Source: Catajapyx aquilonaris (Eukaryota). From it: DNA of 64,000 nt. Below are positions 13,532 to 26,800 of the stretch, piece by piece. Below the pieces are notes generated by a model, which saw nothing but the letters and a program-made list of their open reading frames with translations, did no database searches and was not told the origin of the DNA. Numbering within the stretch: the stretch's first letter is position 1; each line of letters starts with the position of its first letter. The stretch is taken from positions 62,001 through 126,000 of the forward strand of contig KZ538016.1 in NCBI GenBank assembly GCA_000934665.2. The letters run 5' to 3'. The translations under genes and the position numbers were made by a program.

Positions 13532-15915
13532 CCTAAGGGCTACCATTTTTTACTCGCACAGCTCGCAGTTCGATTTGCACGTCTGCCGCATCGGAAACTG
13601 TCGCTAGCAGTATGACGGATGTCCAGAACTGTACAAGTGTCTTATATATAGGACGCTAGGCATATATTATGAACACCGATCGAACCCCACTGAACCTGAC
13701 TTATCCGTCTGACCCATTAGCTGCGATAGGACGATAGCAATTTGTGATGCTTGCTACTAGCTGGCACTTTGGACATCTAATCCGACCTGGAAGAGTCTGG
13801 AGGGAGTCCATTTCTTGGATGGATAAGGTATAGGGTGGAAAAAAAACTTCCGACATTGCCCGAAATGATTTATGGCATCCAGGCAAAACTGGGTCTACAA
13901 ACTCCAGGAGTCTCAAGACTCCAGGAAAGAAGGCACAGAATTATTCTCATGCCCCCAGCAGAGATAACAAGGACTTTTCATCATCACAACGCAAATATTA
14001 GAGCACGAGTAAGATTTTTTTTTTTTTTCTAATTCGGAGAGCGGGGCCATATAGTCTTCTTAACTGTTTGAGTTGGATAGCTCCATATTGGACAGCTGTC
14101 AAGTTACTCTCTCTTTGATCGGGCAGAGATTGAAGACCCCCCGACATGAAAGGAATTTGAAATGAAAAGACTGCAGTGCACGCGCGCCTTGAAATGGAAG
14201 CATAAACGAGGGGGCGGCAGCGATGAAAAACACCCCATTTCAGAAAAAAAAGGAGTCGCCTGGAGGAGTAAAAAAATGGCTCAAAAAGACATCGGGAAAA
14301 ACTTTTTCCTGATGAAATGTTCGGTAATGAGCTCGGATTATTCCTTTGCAAAAGAGTTCAACGTCTTTTCAACGGTGTGTGTGTGTGTGTCCAGTATGTG
14401 CTTTTATCCTGATTTGCATAAGGCCACGTGTGAACACACTTTTCCTCGTCATGTTATTGTTGCAGGTGACAGGACCCTAGAGAGGCAGAAAAAAGAGAAG
14501 AGGAATGATTGCACACATTTTCAGCCTGGGGTTGAAGGTTCAGATGGGACTACAAATTGCAGTCGCAGACTGGTCACTGAAATAGCAAGCTCATCGTTGT
14601 AATCCACGGGTCACACTCAGGCGCCCATCAGTCGCTGTGATCAGTAATGACGATACGAAAAAAAAGGGTCGGTGAAATATTTCTCTGCCTACATATTACA
14701 CACGTGCCATATGTAGGATGAGCACCAGTAACACAATATGAATATTCATCTCAAATACTGCTTTATGAAATTACAAGTCGAGTGACATAATGCAGCAGTT
14801 GCTTTGTGCATGTATTACATACGAATCTCCAAGAGAATCAGTAACGCACCGAGCACACACAAAGCGCATACTCTGCAATATGCCGATGCAAATGTACAAA
14901 GTGCTCCGCGAGTGTCAAATATACGTCATACATACACAAACATATACGCCATGGTTTAATTACCAGGATTGTATAGGACAGAGATCGGTTCCAAGTCCTG
15001 GGATGAAGGTCGATATATCACGTGCATATATATCTCTCCCAGGGCGGAACATTCGGGGAGATAAAACAGACGACATATATACACATTGTCCGCGTGTATG
15101 TTACATCAGAAGCAGTGTTTAGCCTCTAATTTAAGCGCATGATAAATCGGTATACAAAAGTACTGCTCCCAGGTTCGTTGAACTTGCGCGACAGGAAGTT
15201 CATCAACTGTGCTAAATACTTCAACCCCATTTTGGTGGAATCAAACCATCATTATAAACTAACATTTTAAAAAAATAAAAAAGCGAGTTCATTTAACTGC
15301 AAGGTGACTGCTCCATCAGGAAAAGATCTTTGCCCTACCATTTCGCCTGAGGCCTAAGCACTTTGCTCCTCTCAGATTAGCCGTTAAAAAAAATGTCCGC
15401 AGCACGTGTACAAGTACTCACCTTCCTATTGTAACGAACCCAAACACGTACCGGAATCTTTCACACCCCAAACCCCTCGCATCAATCAAAGCACATCATT
15501 CGGAAGGTATTTAATTAAATTGAGCGTGCTGACTATTCCGCACGGTATTTCCCCCCGCAACATGTAAAATTGAATGGCTCGCAGAATCGAGGCCTAATTT
15601 CCAGGCAAAATGCGGCGGAACTCAGTTAAATCTGGCCAGTTGCAAAAATGGTTAGCCTCCCCACATGTATATGCTATAGTAGCCTCGATATAATTATGGG
15701 CGATCGTTCATGTGCTGTCCTAACATTGCTAAAATAATGTGGCGAACGGATCAATAGACTGCAGGCACACCCATTGCACGTGAGAGGGTGGTTTAACACG
15801 CTACATGTGATGGAAAGCATATATTTATATTTAGGCAAAGTTCGGAATTGTTGACTTTAAAAAGTATGATTTTAAGTGAAATAACTGAGCCTCAATCTGA
15901 GCAAAATAGTTCCAT

Positions 15916-16010
15916 CCACCAGAGGCGCTGCCTTCCCCATTGCGCATGCGCAGAACGGGGGCCAATCCGAAGCGTCTCTCAAACAATATAGAGCGGGCCA
16001 ATCAGAAGCC
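15916..16010. promoter_or_regulatory. Motif cluster: NRF1/EWG-type palindrome TGCGCATGCGCA and two CCAAT boxes
   Basis: TGCGCATGCGCA at 15941-15952; GGGCCAATC.GAAGC occurs twice with CCAAT at 15962 and 15998. Function is not shown and it may be TE-derived. Confidence 0.35.
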
Positions 16011-19000
16011 TCGGTTATACAACGGGAAGGATTTTAATATTATAGACAGATTTTTTTCATTTAAAAAATGCGTATGGATAAAATATTATACCGCTGACTT
16101 GAGTTATGTAGGTTTTTCCAGGGGCGTAATAAATGCGATTTTTTGAGACTGTTTATTGGCGTGCCTTATGACACATGTCGCCCATGCATATCCATCATTA
16201 CTTTGCGAGATGAAAGGAAAGGGAATAATAAAAAAAAGGTCGATTCATTCTTCAAGCAGACGTTTTAACTAATGCGACACGACGTTCTATTTGCATCTAT
16301 TTTCCAAGGAAATACAGTTTTCCATTCGACAGGTCGAATTCCGGCTTTTTTGTTGAAGCTGACATGGAGTGACTTGGCAAGCAAATGTATTAGATTTTGA
16401 AAATTAATTGTCCTCTTCTTGGTCGCCCTGGCAACTTCCTTTTGAAAGCTGTACACACTATATAGGAAAAGAAATCAATTCAGTTCTGGCATATTTTCGC
16501 AACAAGAATATAATCTAGAGAGGTCATCATAAGTGACGGAAGTGACGTAATTTTAACCCATCTTTTGTGCACCGGTTGACGCAGTATGTCCCCATTCTTT
16601 CCGATGCCCTTTGCCCTCCCTATGCATGCCTTTTATGCAGTCAATGCCACACCTGAGGATCCGCCTCAGATAAAAAGAAAAAAGAACCTACTTGCATACA
16701 TGGTAGGCTAATGTGATATACAAAAAAAAATGAGTGACCTTCTCAAGGGGAAAGGCATCAGTGTGTGTGTCTATATAAAAGGTGACCTCCTTTCCATTGG
16801 AAATTCGCAGACTGGGGAGTCACCCGAAAATTCAGCATATTCATAGGGACATTTTGAAATACTGTCATAAAAACAGGATGCTAAATTATGTCCGGTTCGT
16901 GAATACAACTGATCGCAGTCAACCCAGACTGAGCATCAATTTGGATAATTAGTCTCATTTGGATAATGAAGAGATTCCCAGTGCACAGTCAGTCCCCCCC
17001 AACCTTTTACTCTGGGCGGTCTCCTCCCCACATTTTACCCTCGTTTTTTTTTTAGCGGAGGTTTTTGGTGCTATCTTCACTTAAATGTGCTCGTCACATC
17101 CCCTCGCGATTGCCCGCTTCATCGTGGCAAATTGCATTTCTGCACATTTATAGCCTGGAAGTCCCCAATCCAATTGGCGAATGTAAGAGTAAGTGCTCCG
17201 GAATTTTGTGGACTGCTCCAGCTACTTTGGGATTATCATATATGGGCTTAAAAATAGATTTTTTTTTTCCACCCCCACCTCACGAACAAATCCCTGTTGG
17301 TTAAGTGATGTTTCATCCGGTTGCATTTTTATCGCTGCTGTCCACATAACTTTATACGCTAACAGTTGATCTAAATTTTCTCCATCAGCACCATTTCAGG
17401 CTGAAAGTACAGCACGATTTACGTTCATGTAAAGAGTGGGGGGGATGGCTATAGTTTAAAAAAACAAAAAAACGGCGCCCTCATTGTTTGTATCTGATAA
17501 CCATCCAGCCGTAATGGAATTGTGCTGTTTTTGCCATCCCAGCTATTGCGATTCAACAGTTGTTTCTGTCAGCCTAAATGATGATTATTGCCTCTCATTA
17601 CTGATAAAAATCTCGACTACCTTACTCTGCGCCAGCTACAAAATCCCCCATAATGTCTACTACGTAGTACATACTGATCCTTCTACAGGGTGTTTCAGAA
17701 AGAAAAAAAAACTGTTGGTCATTGGGGAAGAATTCTATGCATTCTTGCCTATACTTAGTGACAGGCATCTATTTGTTAACAATGAAAATGGGCTAGAATT
17801 CCGAGCTGCCAGGCACTGAAATTAGTGTTTTCCCCTCCGCATTTCCGAATTTTAGAATGTGTTCCAGGACACAACAAATTGCGGGCAATTCGTCGAAAAC
17901 AGTTTTTGGTCAGAAAGCCAGCTGGAGGCACGTGTAGGCTTAATTTTAGCCGTTATTTCCGAGGAACATAATTCAGATTTCGTAGCGTGACGTTTTGGAC
18001 GACGCCAGACACTTACGTATCGGCGACGCAAGATAAAACCGAGAGATTACTGTGGGCATGAAATCACGAACAAAAAATACCCACCTCTTAAACGTAATGT
18101 CTGGCTTGCTTATACATTAAGCGATTGATTGAGTTCAATCACACCATGTTTTAATCCGAGTGATTATACAGCTTACTCTGCGTATAGCACCCTGGTGGGA
18201 TTTATCCGCGGAGTGACTCATCACCAACGTGCATGTGGTACATTCCTTTCCCCCTAGGCACGGCACACATCTACAGAAAAATGCTTGAAGAATCAAGAGT
18301 CTTGGAGCCTCTCTGCATATCAGGAAAGTGCTTCCCTTGCACTGCACCCGATAAATGTCAAATGCAGAAGGCATCGATCGCTTCCAAATGACTCCCCCCC
18401 CCTTTGAAAAGGACATGAACCCCCCCTCTCCCTCTCAGTATCTCATGAAGCCACATTATGTACAGAAGGGGGTAAGAGCACCACGAAAATAAAGCCTACT
18501 TCATCACCAACATACTGCGCCCAAGAGACTGGGTTTATCCACGCACTAGGAATATATAAAAAAACCGGACTGAAAAAAGGGTCCTGGTTTTTTTTTCTCC
18601 CCTCCTCGTCGACATAGTGCCACGTAAGTTGGCATGCAGCGCATTCATATAGCGTCCCATAGGAATAAATGGTGTACTCATATTGCTCAAACCAGGCTAA
18701 AAGGGACGCACTTTTTCCATCAACACTTGGATTTTTGAAAATTAAAATATGAAAATTAAGTTAAATTTATGAAAACGTATAATTATGCAATTGGGCCTAT
18801 GAGCAGAGTTTACGGTGTCAAATCACGGTCATACTGAGTCCGGATTAATTAATATCACATCGTACGAGCTCCACGTAATTCTATACATAGATGCCCTATA
18901 TATACACACACAAGCTTCCGCTTTCAAAATGAGAGAGAAAAACAGAGGAGCAATGTTCATGTAAAATATCCGGTATAGGCCAGGTTGAGTGTGCTTGACG

Positions 19001-19263
19001 ACAAAGTAATGACATGGCATCGCATGTGACGCCAACTTTCATTCATAATTAATTCGTGGAATAATGAGTTCAAAAAACGCCGCCGCCTTTTGCTGGAGGG
19101 CCACTCCATGGCAACACAAGATGTCTTGGCGGCTCAGCTAGGGAATTTTAGGCATCATTTTTTTATATAAACGAAATCTCTTGGCCGCATGTACCGCTTA
19201 ATTTTGTGTGGTTCCAGGCAAGACCCTCCAACTTTTTTATCATAAAAAAACGAGAGATGAAAC

Positions 19264-20540
19264 TAAAAATCATTCAAGACGATAAACAGTGCCTGGCAGG
19301 GCCACATCGCATTTTCTACTCTGAAATAATTATAATAAAGTCGGTACGACAAGACTAGTCAAAATTGTGCTATGTGCACGTTTTAGGAAATAATATTCAG
19401 TAAAACGGCTTAATATTATCGGATTGTGCTGCCTACATCCGGCAGCCAACAACCCCTACCATGCTGACTAGACCCGACTTGGAGACTTACCAAATGACTG
19501 CCCCACTTCCACCATCACACATTCACACACGCATGTATACACACAAGGGACGAGAACAGGCCAGAAAAAAAAATCCAGAGTGGAAAAAAAAATGTCATCC
19601 CAAAATGAACTCGGGGAAATTTTAGTGAGTTGGACCCCACAGACTCACTTCGCTAAGGTCAGGGGCAAGTCAGCTCGCATTTATTTTTGGAACACCCTGT
19701 AGCTGGTCGCTAGAGGCAACACCCCTTTTGCAGAGAGCAAATTTGAGCTTTGATCTAGCAGTGATTTTGATGAGAAAGTGGCGCCAAATTCGCGTCGGAC
19801 TGACTGATGTCACGCGTCCAGCGGATATTTGCAGAAATGGGGAGCATGTGACTCAACTTGGGAAGATTTAATCGCAGGCAATATTTGGTCACCATGGCGT
19901 CGAGGGGACCTCTATAGTAGCTGCTCCTAACGGTTATGGGCAAGCAAAGGGGAGAGCCGGGGCCCCCCCCCCTCTTTATTAAATGAAATATGACTTTTGC
20001 CAGCAGCACAGTGTAAAGCAATAATTACTAGTCCCCCCTCTCCCAGCAAGTAAAGTGACTAAGTGTAAGTTACTGCAAAACTTCCAATGGGGGCATTGCA
20101 GTTCAAAACGACCATCATGGCGGAATTAATGAAATTGAAAGTGCTGAAAGTTGCACTAGTTTGGCCAGAAAAGAATATCAAGTTTATAGTGGTCGTAGCA
20201 TAAGTCTAGCGCGTTTAATTGCTCTTAGTTTTAATACGAGCAATTCCACAGGGTAGTCTGAAAATGACTGTTATTTGGACGAATTATTATGATGATATAA
20301 CCATCTCTTATCTGTCTAAAACCGGCATTGTTTGTGACAGGACACCGATATTTTGACAGGCAGTGACACTGACACTGACAGAATGATCCGATTTGCGGCC
20401 TAGTGGCGTCAGCCACAATAACGTTCGTTGGCCTGCGGCGCACAATGAGGACCGCATTGCTGCCGGATTCAAACCCACAATACGCGCCTAAAATTAGTAA
20501 AAATCATTCAGGGCGACGAACTGTGCCTGGCAGGGCCACA
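19264..20540 (+). repeat. Two dispersed copies of a ~43 bp repeat (19264-19306 and 20498-20540)
   Basis: TAAAAATCATTCAAGACGATAAACAGTGCCTGGCAGGGCCACA versus TAAAAATCATTCAGGGCGACGAACTGTGCCTGGCAGGGCCACA. Confidence 0.7.
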
Positions 20541-21901
20541 AAGAACAGTATTGTTGCAGTAACAAAAATCCATACAGAAAACCCAACACAAATCTTTCCA
20601 AGTAGATCGCGATAAGAAAATTCAACTTTTAAAAAGGGCAACACATTTTTTGACTCCAGATTTGACCCTCCCTTTTTTGGTCAGTGCACCACCCTGTATG
20701 TTGCATGTGAGCGCCGCATTTATATCTGAGACCAGTTTCATGGCGCGTGCAGGAATGACCCACGCGAATATGCCATCCACTGTGTGTCTCACAAACTGTC
20801 CGATTTTTTTCCCCCCAAGTGCCAATTGGCATCATTGTTACATCCTGCCAGATATGCATTGTGGTAGACATGTCGACTAGGTTCCAGAGGATAAAGCCAG
20901 GGCTCAGGCAGAATAATCTCCCCCCCAAAAAAGGACCCTTGTTGTGGGTTGGACTCACATACTGCAAATGATTATACAAAAATTTTAAAACAGTGGCCCT
21001 CCCCCGATACATATCGATTCGTACACGCACATTTTGCTGGAATTGCGTGCCATGTAGATAGACCTTAGAGCCATTGATGCTCTCTGGTGGTACCGAGATT
21101 AGCATGAAATACAGCCGGACTACAAATAACTCAGAGGACTGGCCTAAGCACCCAGTTTCATCCAGGCGTTAATGATGGCAGTGCAGAGGGGGGGAAAAAT
21201 AGGATAGGGGATGAAGCACGGATGGCTTAAATCACGTTGTTATATTGCAACCTGACAGCTCTAATTTGCCAACAGGACTGAGGGAAAAAGAAGGGCGATT
21301 GGATGGGAGGGTCTGGCAGACAGGACCTCACTGAAAATGAAACCGTTATTTTTTTGTCTTTCTAAAACGTGGATTAATTAGCAGCGTTTCCATGCTGGAA
21401 TTGTGAGCTTTCCTATATAGAGTGAGACTCATTAACTGGGGCCTGCCATATTGATTATAATACTTGCACTAACTGGTCTTTAGTATTGATTGTGTGGAAT
21501 CTTAGATGTACTTGTCCATATAAATTATTCTACTCATTGGTGACATTAATGAAATGTCACATTGTGTGGCAGAACATGACACACCACGACATGTGGCGTC
21601 CGCACCGCTATTTGAACAAGGCATTAAATAATCATGCCTCAAGTGCCAAAAGTGGCTGCCCTTTGCCCATTTCCAAATTAGCAAATTAAATAATTAGGGC
21701 CCGAAATTTTTTAAGTATATGACCCGACTATGGATTGATTGGCTTTTGCAGTACTTTTAAACTAACACACAGAAAACACAGTCTGATAAATGCACATATT
21801 AGGTACCTCTTGAGCATCGGCGGAGAGCAGTTCAATCCAAACTTGCCGAAATCCAAGCGATGCAGACCATAGAAAATGCAACATGTACATATACACATCT
21901 G

Positions 21902-21907
21902 TTTATT
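21902..21907 (-). terminator. Candidate aPKC polyadenylation signal AATAAA, implying a 3' UTR of about 1.9 kb
   Basis: AATAAA on the minus strand followed by GT/T-rich sequence (GATGTGTATATGTACATGTTGCATTTTC), near where the CpG-poor gene-body character ends. Confidence 0.45.
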
Positions 21908-23507
21908 TCATTTTTTAACACTACAAAAAGGAGGTTAAATACATGCGCATGAAATGTTTTAAAATAAATTGTTCATGAATTTTCCTTCACTCGAGTTGTA
22001 TCCATGTCACGAACTACACAAGTGGCATGTTACTTTGGCAGATACAATAGTGCTCAGCCAGCTTTTTTGATCAGAAGGATTGCATGGTGTCTTTTTTTTT
22101 TTTGGTCTCTTACAAAAATTAAGTGTGCACCTGATGGATTTAGGGCATATGAACACATGACCACCCAGATGTTGCGGCATTTGCAGTGAAAATGATTCTT
22201 TGTAGCAGTGATTTTTGGTACTGGGTGAGCAACATCTGGACAGTCCAAACCACAACTTCAGGACAAATACACATCGTCATGTGCATCATTTGTTCTTTTT
22301 TGGAGCACGATACAGCCAATGAAATAAAGCTTACTGCACCCTTTTCTCTTTTTTTAAACTACACAAGCCATGTGATTTTTACGTGTCACTACACCTACAA
22401 TAACCTCTGGGTGACAAGGGGAGTCTGCTGGGAGAAGTGACGTTTGCATAGAACTGAGGAGAGGAGTCGGGTTGGCCTGGCCAAAAAGCAAGTCGTAACT
22501 CAAGGATCTTCAGACGCTGTGCCTATCTCCCAAGTACGCTAACTATTTCGCTAACTGACAAAAACGCCAGGCACCACTCTGTAATAAAGCAATGGAAATT
22601 GCTGCCGTAGCCAGCACTTGTCGTAACTGATTCCGCAACATTTGTTAACAGGCGTCTTCTAATGTGATAGCCCACAAAACCCGGCGTGTTTGCACAAGAA
22701 ACCCACCCTTCAAAGAAAAATAAACCAAAATATTAAATCTGGAATGTATTGAGATGCTGCTTTGCACCTTAAGTAAAAACACAACAAGTACGTAAATGCA
22801 ACTGTGCAACCTGATGAGCAACTGCCGACAAAAAAAAATTAAAGACTGACATCATACTGAGCATTATTGGCCATTGTGGCATACGTGTGACACTACTGAA
22901 AAGGTGGTACGTTTCCCCTCTTGGAATGTGGGGTGCGAGATAAAATGAAAAACTCCAGATTTGCCTAGACTCTAAACTCCGTATCTCACCCGAGGAGAGT
23001 AATCAAAAAGGCAAGGCATCTGAGAGATGAGCTCACGAGCTGCCAAATTACACTTTGGCATCCAGCCGGCGGAAGAAACCACGACATGCACAAATATTAA
23101 AATACATTCTCCGCTATGATTCATCTCACCTACTCATTTGTTCTCTCATCGCTCTCTCTCACTCTCAGTAATACTACCTGAACTAAGCTTTAATACCCTT
23201 TCTTAAAGGAATGTGTACCAAGTCACTGTTTACAATAATAATACATGACAATATTGGAATGGGAAAGAGGTATTAATACAATAATAATAATATATAACAT
23301 TAATGTATTCATAATTAAATACTTGTGAATCTCGGTGTAATGAGGGAAAAAAATATAAATGAAAATTGTGCATCCCGATTATGGAAGTGATGGAGGAAAA
23401 AGGCACCACTATGGACAAAATGTATAGAAAAAGCAACTCATCATAAGCTGTGTATCACAATATTTTTCCCTGTGACTACTAACTCCTCAGTTATCATATT
23501 CTGTTAC

Positions 23508-23558
<51 letters not shown>
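23508..23558. repeat. (AAT)17 microsatellite in the aPKC 3' UTR
   Basis: Perfect trinucleotide run read directly from the sequence. Confidence 0.95.
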
Positions 23559-23811
23559 TGGACATCTCTTTTGAATATGCTACTTAAGAAATTATAGACA
23601 GGGGAAAAGAAATATGCCTTGACTGCACCATGTGATATGACAAGGCTAATAGCTACCTCTAAAGCGACTCATGTGTAGACACAATAGAAAATAAAAGGGT
23701 TAAAGCAAATTGGCAAAGAGGAAGAGGAAAGACTTCTGAAGACGAGAGTGGGGACAAGGCAGCAGAGATGCGTTGACAGAGTAATTACTCCTTCAGAGAT
23801 TTTGCATCTTT

Positions 23812-23899
23812 TCACACGCAGTCCTCCAGAGACATGAGCAAGGGATTCACATACTCGAATCCTTCAAATTCCGACTGGTCGATCTTCTCTATCACTCGT
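23812..23899 (-). CDS. aPKC: aPKC terminal coding exon [28 protein letters not shown]
   Basis: 88 coding nt; acceptor CTTTCAG; TGA stop at 23812-23814; hydrophobic motif with Glu and a PDZ-ligand-like C-terminus. Confidence 0.98.
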
Positions 23900-26800
23900 C
23901 TGAAAGTAAAAGGAAAGCTGGTTGAGACGGTCGTAAAAGAGTGTGGTAAACTACGCAATGTGGGTTCGGTGTAGTTAAAGCAGTGCTGACCAAGGCCATA
24001 ATATGACCTATGACAGGTGTACAGGGTGAAGATATCACTTACCTTCTCCCATGAACATGACCCAATTTTGGATAACCTTTCAAAACCTTCAGGAGTAGCT
24101 AAATTTTAGCGTACCCTTCCACAACTGGACCCGAAATGGGGCAATGAAACATACAGCACCAACTTACGGATCATCAGGAGTGAGCTGAACTGGCTCCTCA
24201 GTGAACTCGGGAGGGAAGTTGGCCAAGTCATGTTCAGAGTCTAGGCGAGGTTTGTACGGAGGTATCACCTGCCTCTGCTCCAGCTATGGGTAGTTTGGTC
24301 ACGGATCGGGACAGGTGAAGGAGGGGGCGGAAAAAAAATAAAAGGACAAGTGTGAAGGCATGCTTGCACTTACGAGTCATCAGGTGTGAGCTGCACTGGT
24401 TCCGAGGTGAACTGGGGATCAAAGTTTTCCAGATCCTGATCATAGTCCAATTTAGGTTTGAAAGGAGGGGGGATATGTTTCCTCTCCAGCTGCAAGGAAG
24501 AAATGTAGACAGACCACGCCACAAGCACAAGGTAGGAAGGGAAGAGGAATGCACAGGGTGTCAAGCTAACATCCAACACAAGTGAGACTACACACATAAT
24601 GGCACATGCAGTGGTGTCTCATCATTAGTCGAGTTATCACAGCAACTCTATTTTCAGCCCCCACAAACAACACACTTCCAAATGTTACTGAATAAGAGAG
24701 TTAAGGAAATTAGCTGTTTCGTTGATGTTTGCAACTTATTTGATATTTCATGACAAATTTTTTAAAAGCCATAGCCGCTGTTGTAACCAGAGGACAATTA
24801 AAATGGCTAAGCCAATGTAACCTTATGTCAAAAATGCAAATTTATGACAATCCCACCCATTTTTGGGGCAACCCTGCATTTAAACATTAATAAATTTACC
24901 AATGAACGTAACTGTTATTGCAGTTATCTATGACATTAGTGCGAACAAACTGGTAGTATACTGAGTCAGGTTAACTCTGTGAAATGAATTATTATGAGCA
25001 GCACATAATGATGAGTCAACACAAGTGTGATGGTAACACAAAACAATTAGGATAAATCATGCACGAACACACACACACACAAAGTTGTAAGCCATTCAAT
25101 GTTAGTAATGGGATGTATGTTAAATTAGGCTGACAATGTGACAACACTGACACACAAAGGATATGAATTTAGGGAAAAGTGGACTCTTTTCAAAAAATTA
25201 ACTTAAAAAAAATTGTCAAAATCCAGCCTTGTACCAGTGCAACTGCAAATCATAATAGAAGCATTTGGGCACAAGCAATAGTAAGTGACAAAGAAATTTC
25301 TTTTCATGTTACATTCTCCTACCTCAAGGTTATCAGTAGATGTTGGCCAAAAAAATAGCAATTTCGAAATAGTGTCCAAATTTTTTTTGTCACTTAATTC
25401 AATTGGACCACATTGGACCCAAAGGCAACAATATTACACTAATAAATCCGTATATGTCGTCTTAAGCTTAATGGAGGAGCAGAAAAAAAATAAAATGCAA
25501 TGAAAATGCATTGTAAATAAAAATTCTTGAAACAGCTCTGGAAAAGTTTCATGTTGAAAAAATTGCGGCACAAAAGGCTCACCAGCTCCCAGTCAATGCT
25601 CTTGAAGAACGGGTGGTGCATAATATCAAGGAATCCAGTGTCTTGGTGGCACCCCAGGCGGTCAGCTGGGTTCTTGTTGAGAAATCCCTTCAGGACGGAG
25701 GCTGCCTTCACAGACAGGGAGCGGGGAATTCGAATCGTCTTCTCCAAAATCACTGCAAATCACAACAGAGGACCCTTGACTAACAGAACTAGCAGGTTTA
25801 ACTTCCTGCACATTTTTTTTACTGTTGGTTGTGAACAACAGGCAAGAAAAATTTGATCAGTGTATCACTTTACCTTGGAACAAGTAGTCTTCAGTGTTTT
25901 GATCTGGATTCTCCGAGGCTCCAACAATATCAAACGGACTCCTTCCAGCCAACATTTCATATAGAAGTACTCCAAGGGCCCACCAGTCCACACTGCATGC
26001 ACACACAACACATGATTAGTTTAACATCACAATATCATTCACAGAAACAAAGCAAACAGAAAATTTTATCTCCTGCCATGTTAGTTACATGAGTTCATAA
26101 CAAAAAATGAAATAAATAATTAAATGCCCAGCATATTGGATGCGCATTGCCATTCCATCACACCAAGGGCAATGGAAACGTGAGCATAATAAACCCAAGT
26201 CACAAACAGTGGAATTTCTCAGAGCCTGCCTGGCCTTGCCATGCCCTACTGGGATGCCCTACATTGTTTAAATTTAAAAAGCACTAAGCATTATACCAAC
26301 TGTGCAGACCAGATATGTTATGTGCTTCAATTCTGGTTCCTAGTTAAATATTGTCCGACATCCTGGAAACTAGCCATTTACAGAACATCTTTGTGAACAA
26401 TATATTCCATTACAGGGATATGTTCCACTCGATTATCAATGTGTGCCCCAGCTATCTAAACTAAGCTTTTAAAATTGATTGCATTAAAGTCAAGCCCAAG
26501 TAAATTAACCCCTTGCAAACAACAAATCCACTGGTAAAGCCATGCTAAAAACACTAACTTGTACGTCTCTTTTACAGGCTTGAACACCTTACTGATCTGT
26601 GGTGGTATAAATCATCCCCTGGTAAAGTGTAAGAGCCATTTCTTATTGACAATCATGCCTCAAACAGATATAGTCTAACTTTCATTGATGGCACAATATC
26701 TGAACACTCGTAGAGACAGTGTGAGTTAACACTTGTTACACTTTACTAGCATATTGCAACTAGTATCCAAATAAATTCAAGAAAGAAATCCCAGAGGACT

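Noticed and set aside
17684..19701. TA-CAGGGTGTT...AACACCCTG-TA as ends of a 2-kb mariner-like element
   Set aside because: The match is only about 11-17 bp, there is no transposase remnant inside, and similar CAGGGTG ends are scattered through the window, so the pairing may be coincidental.
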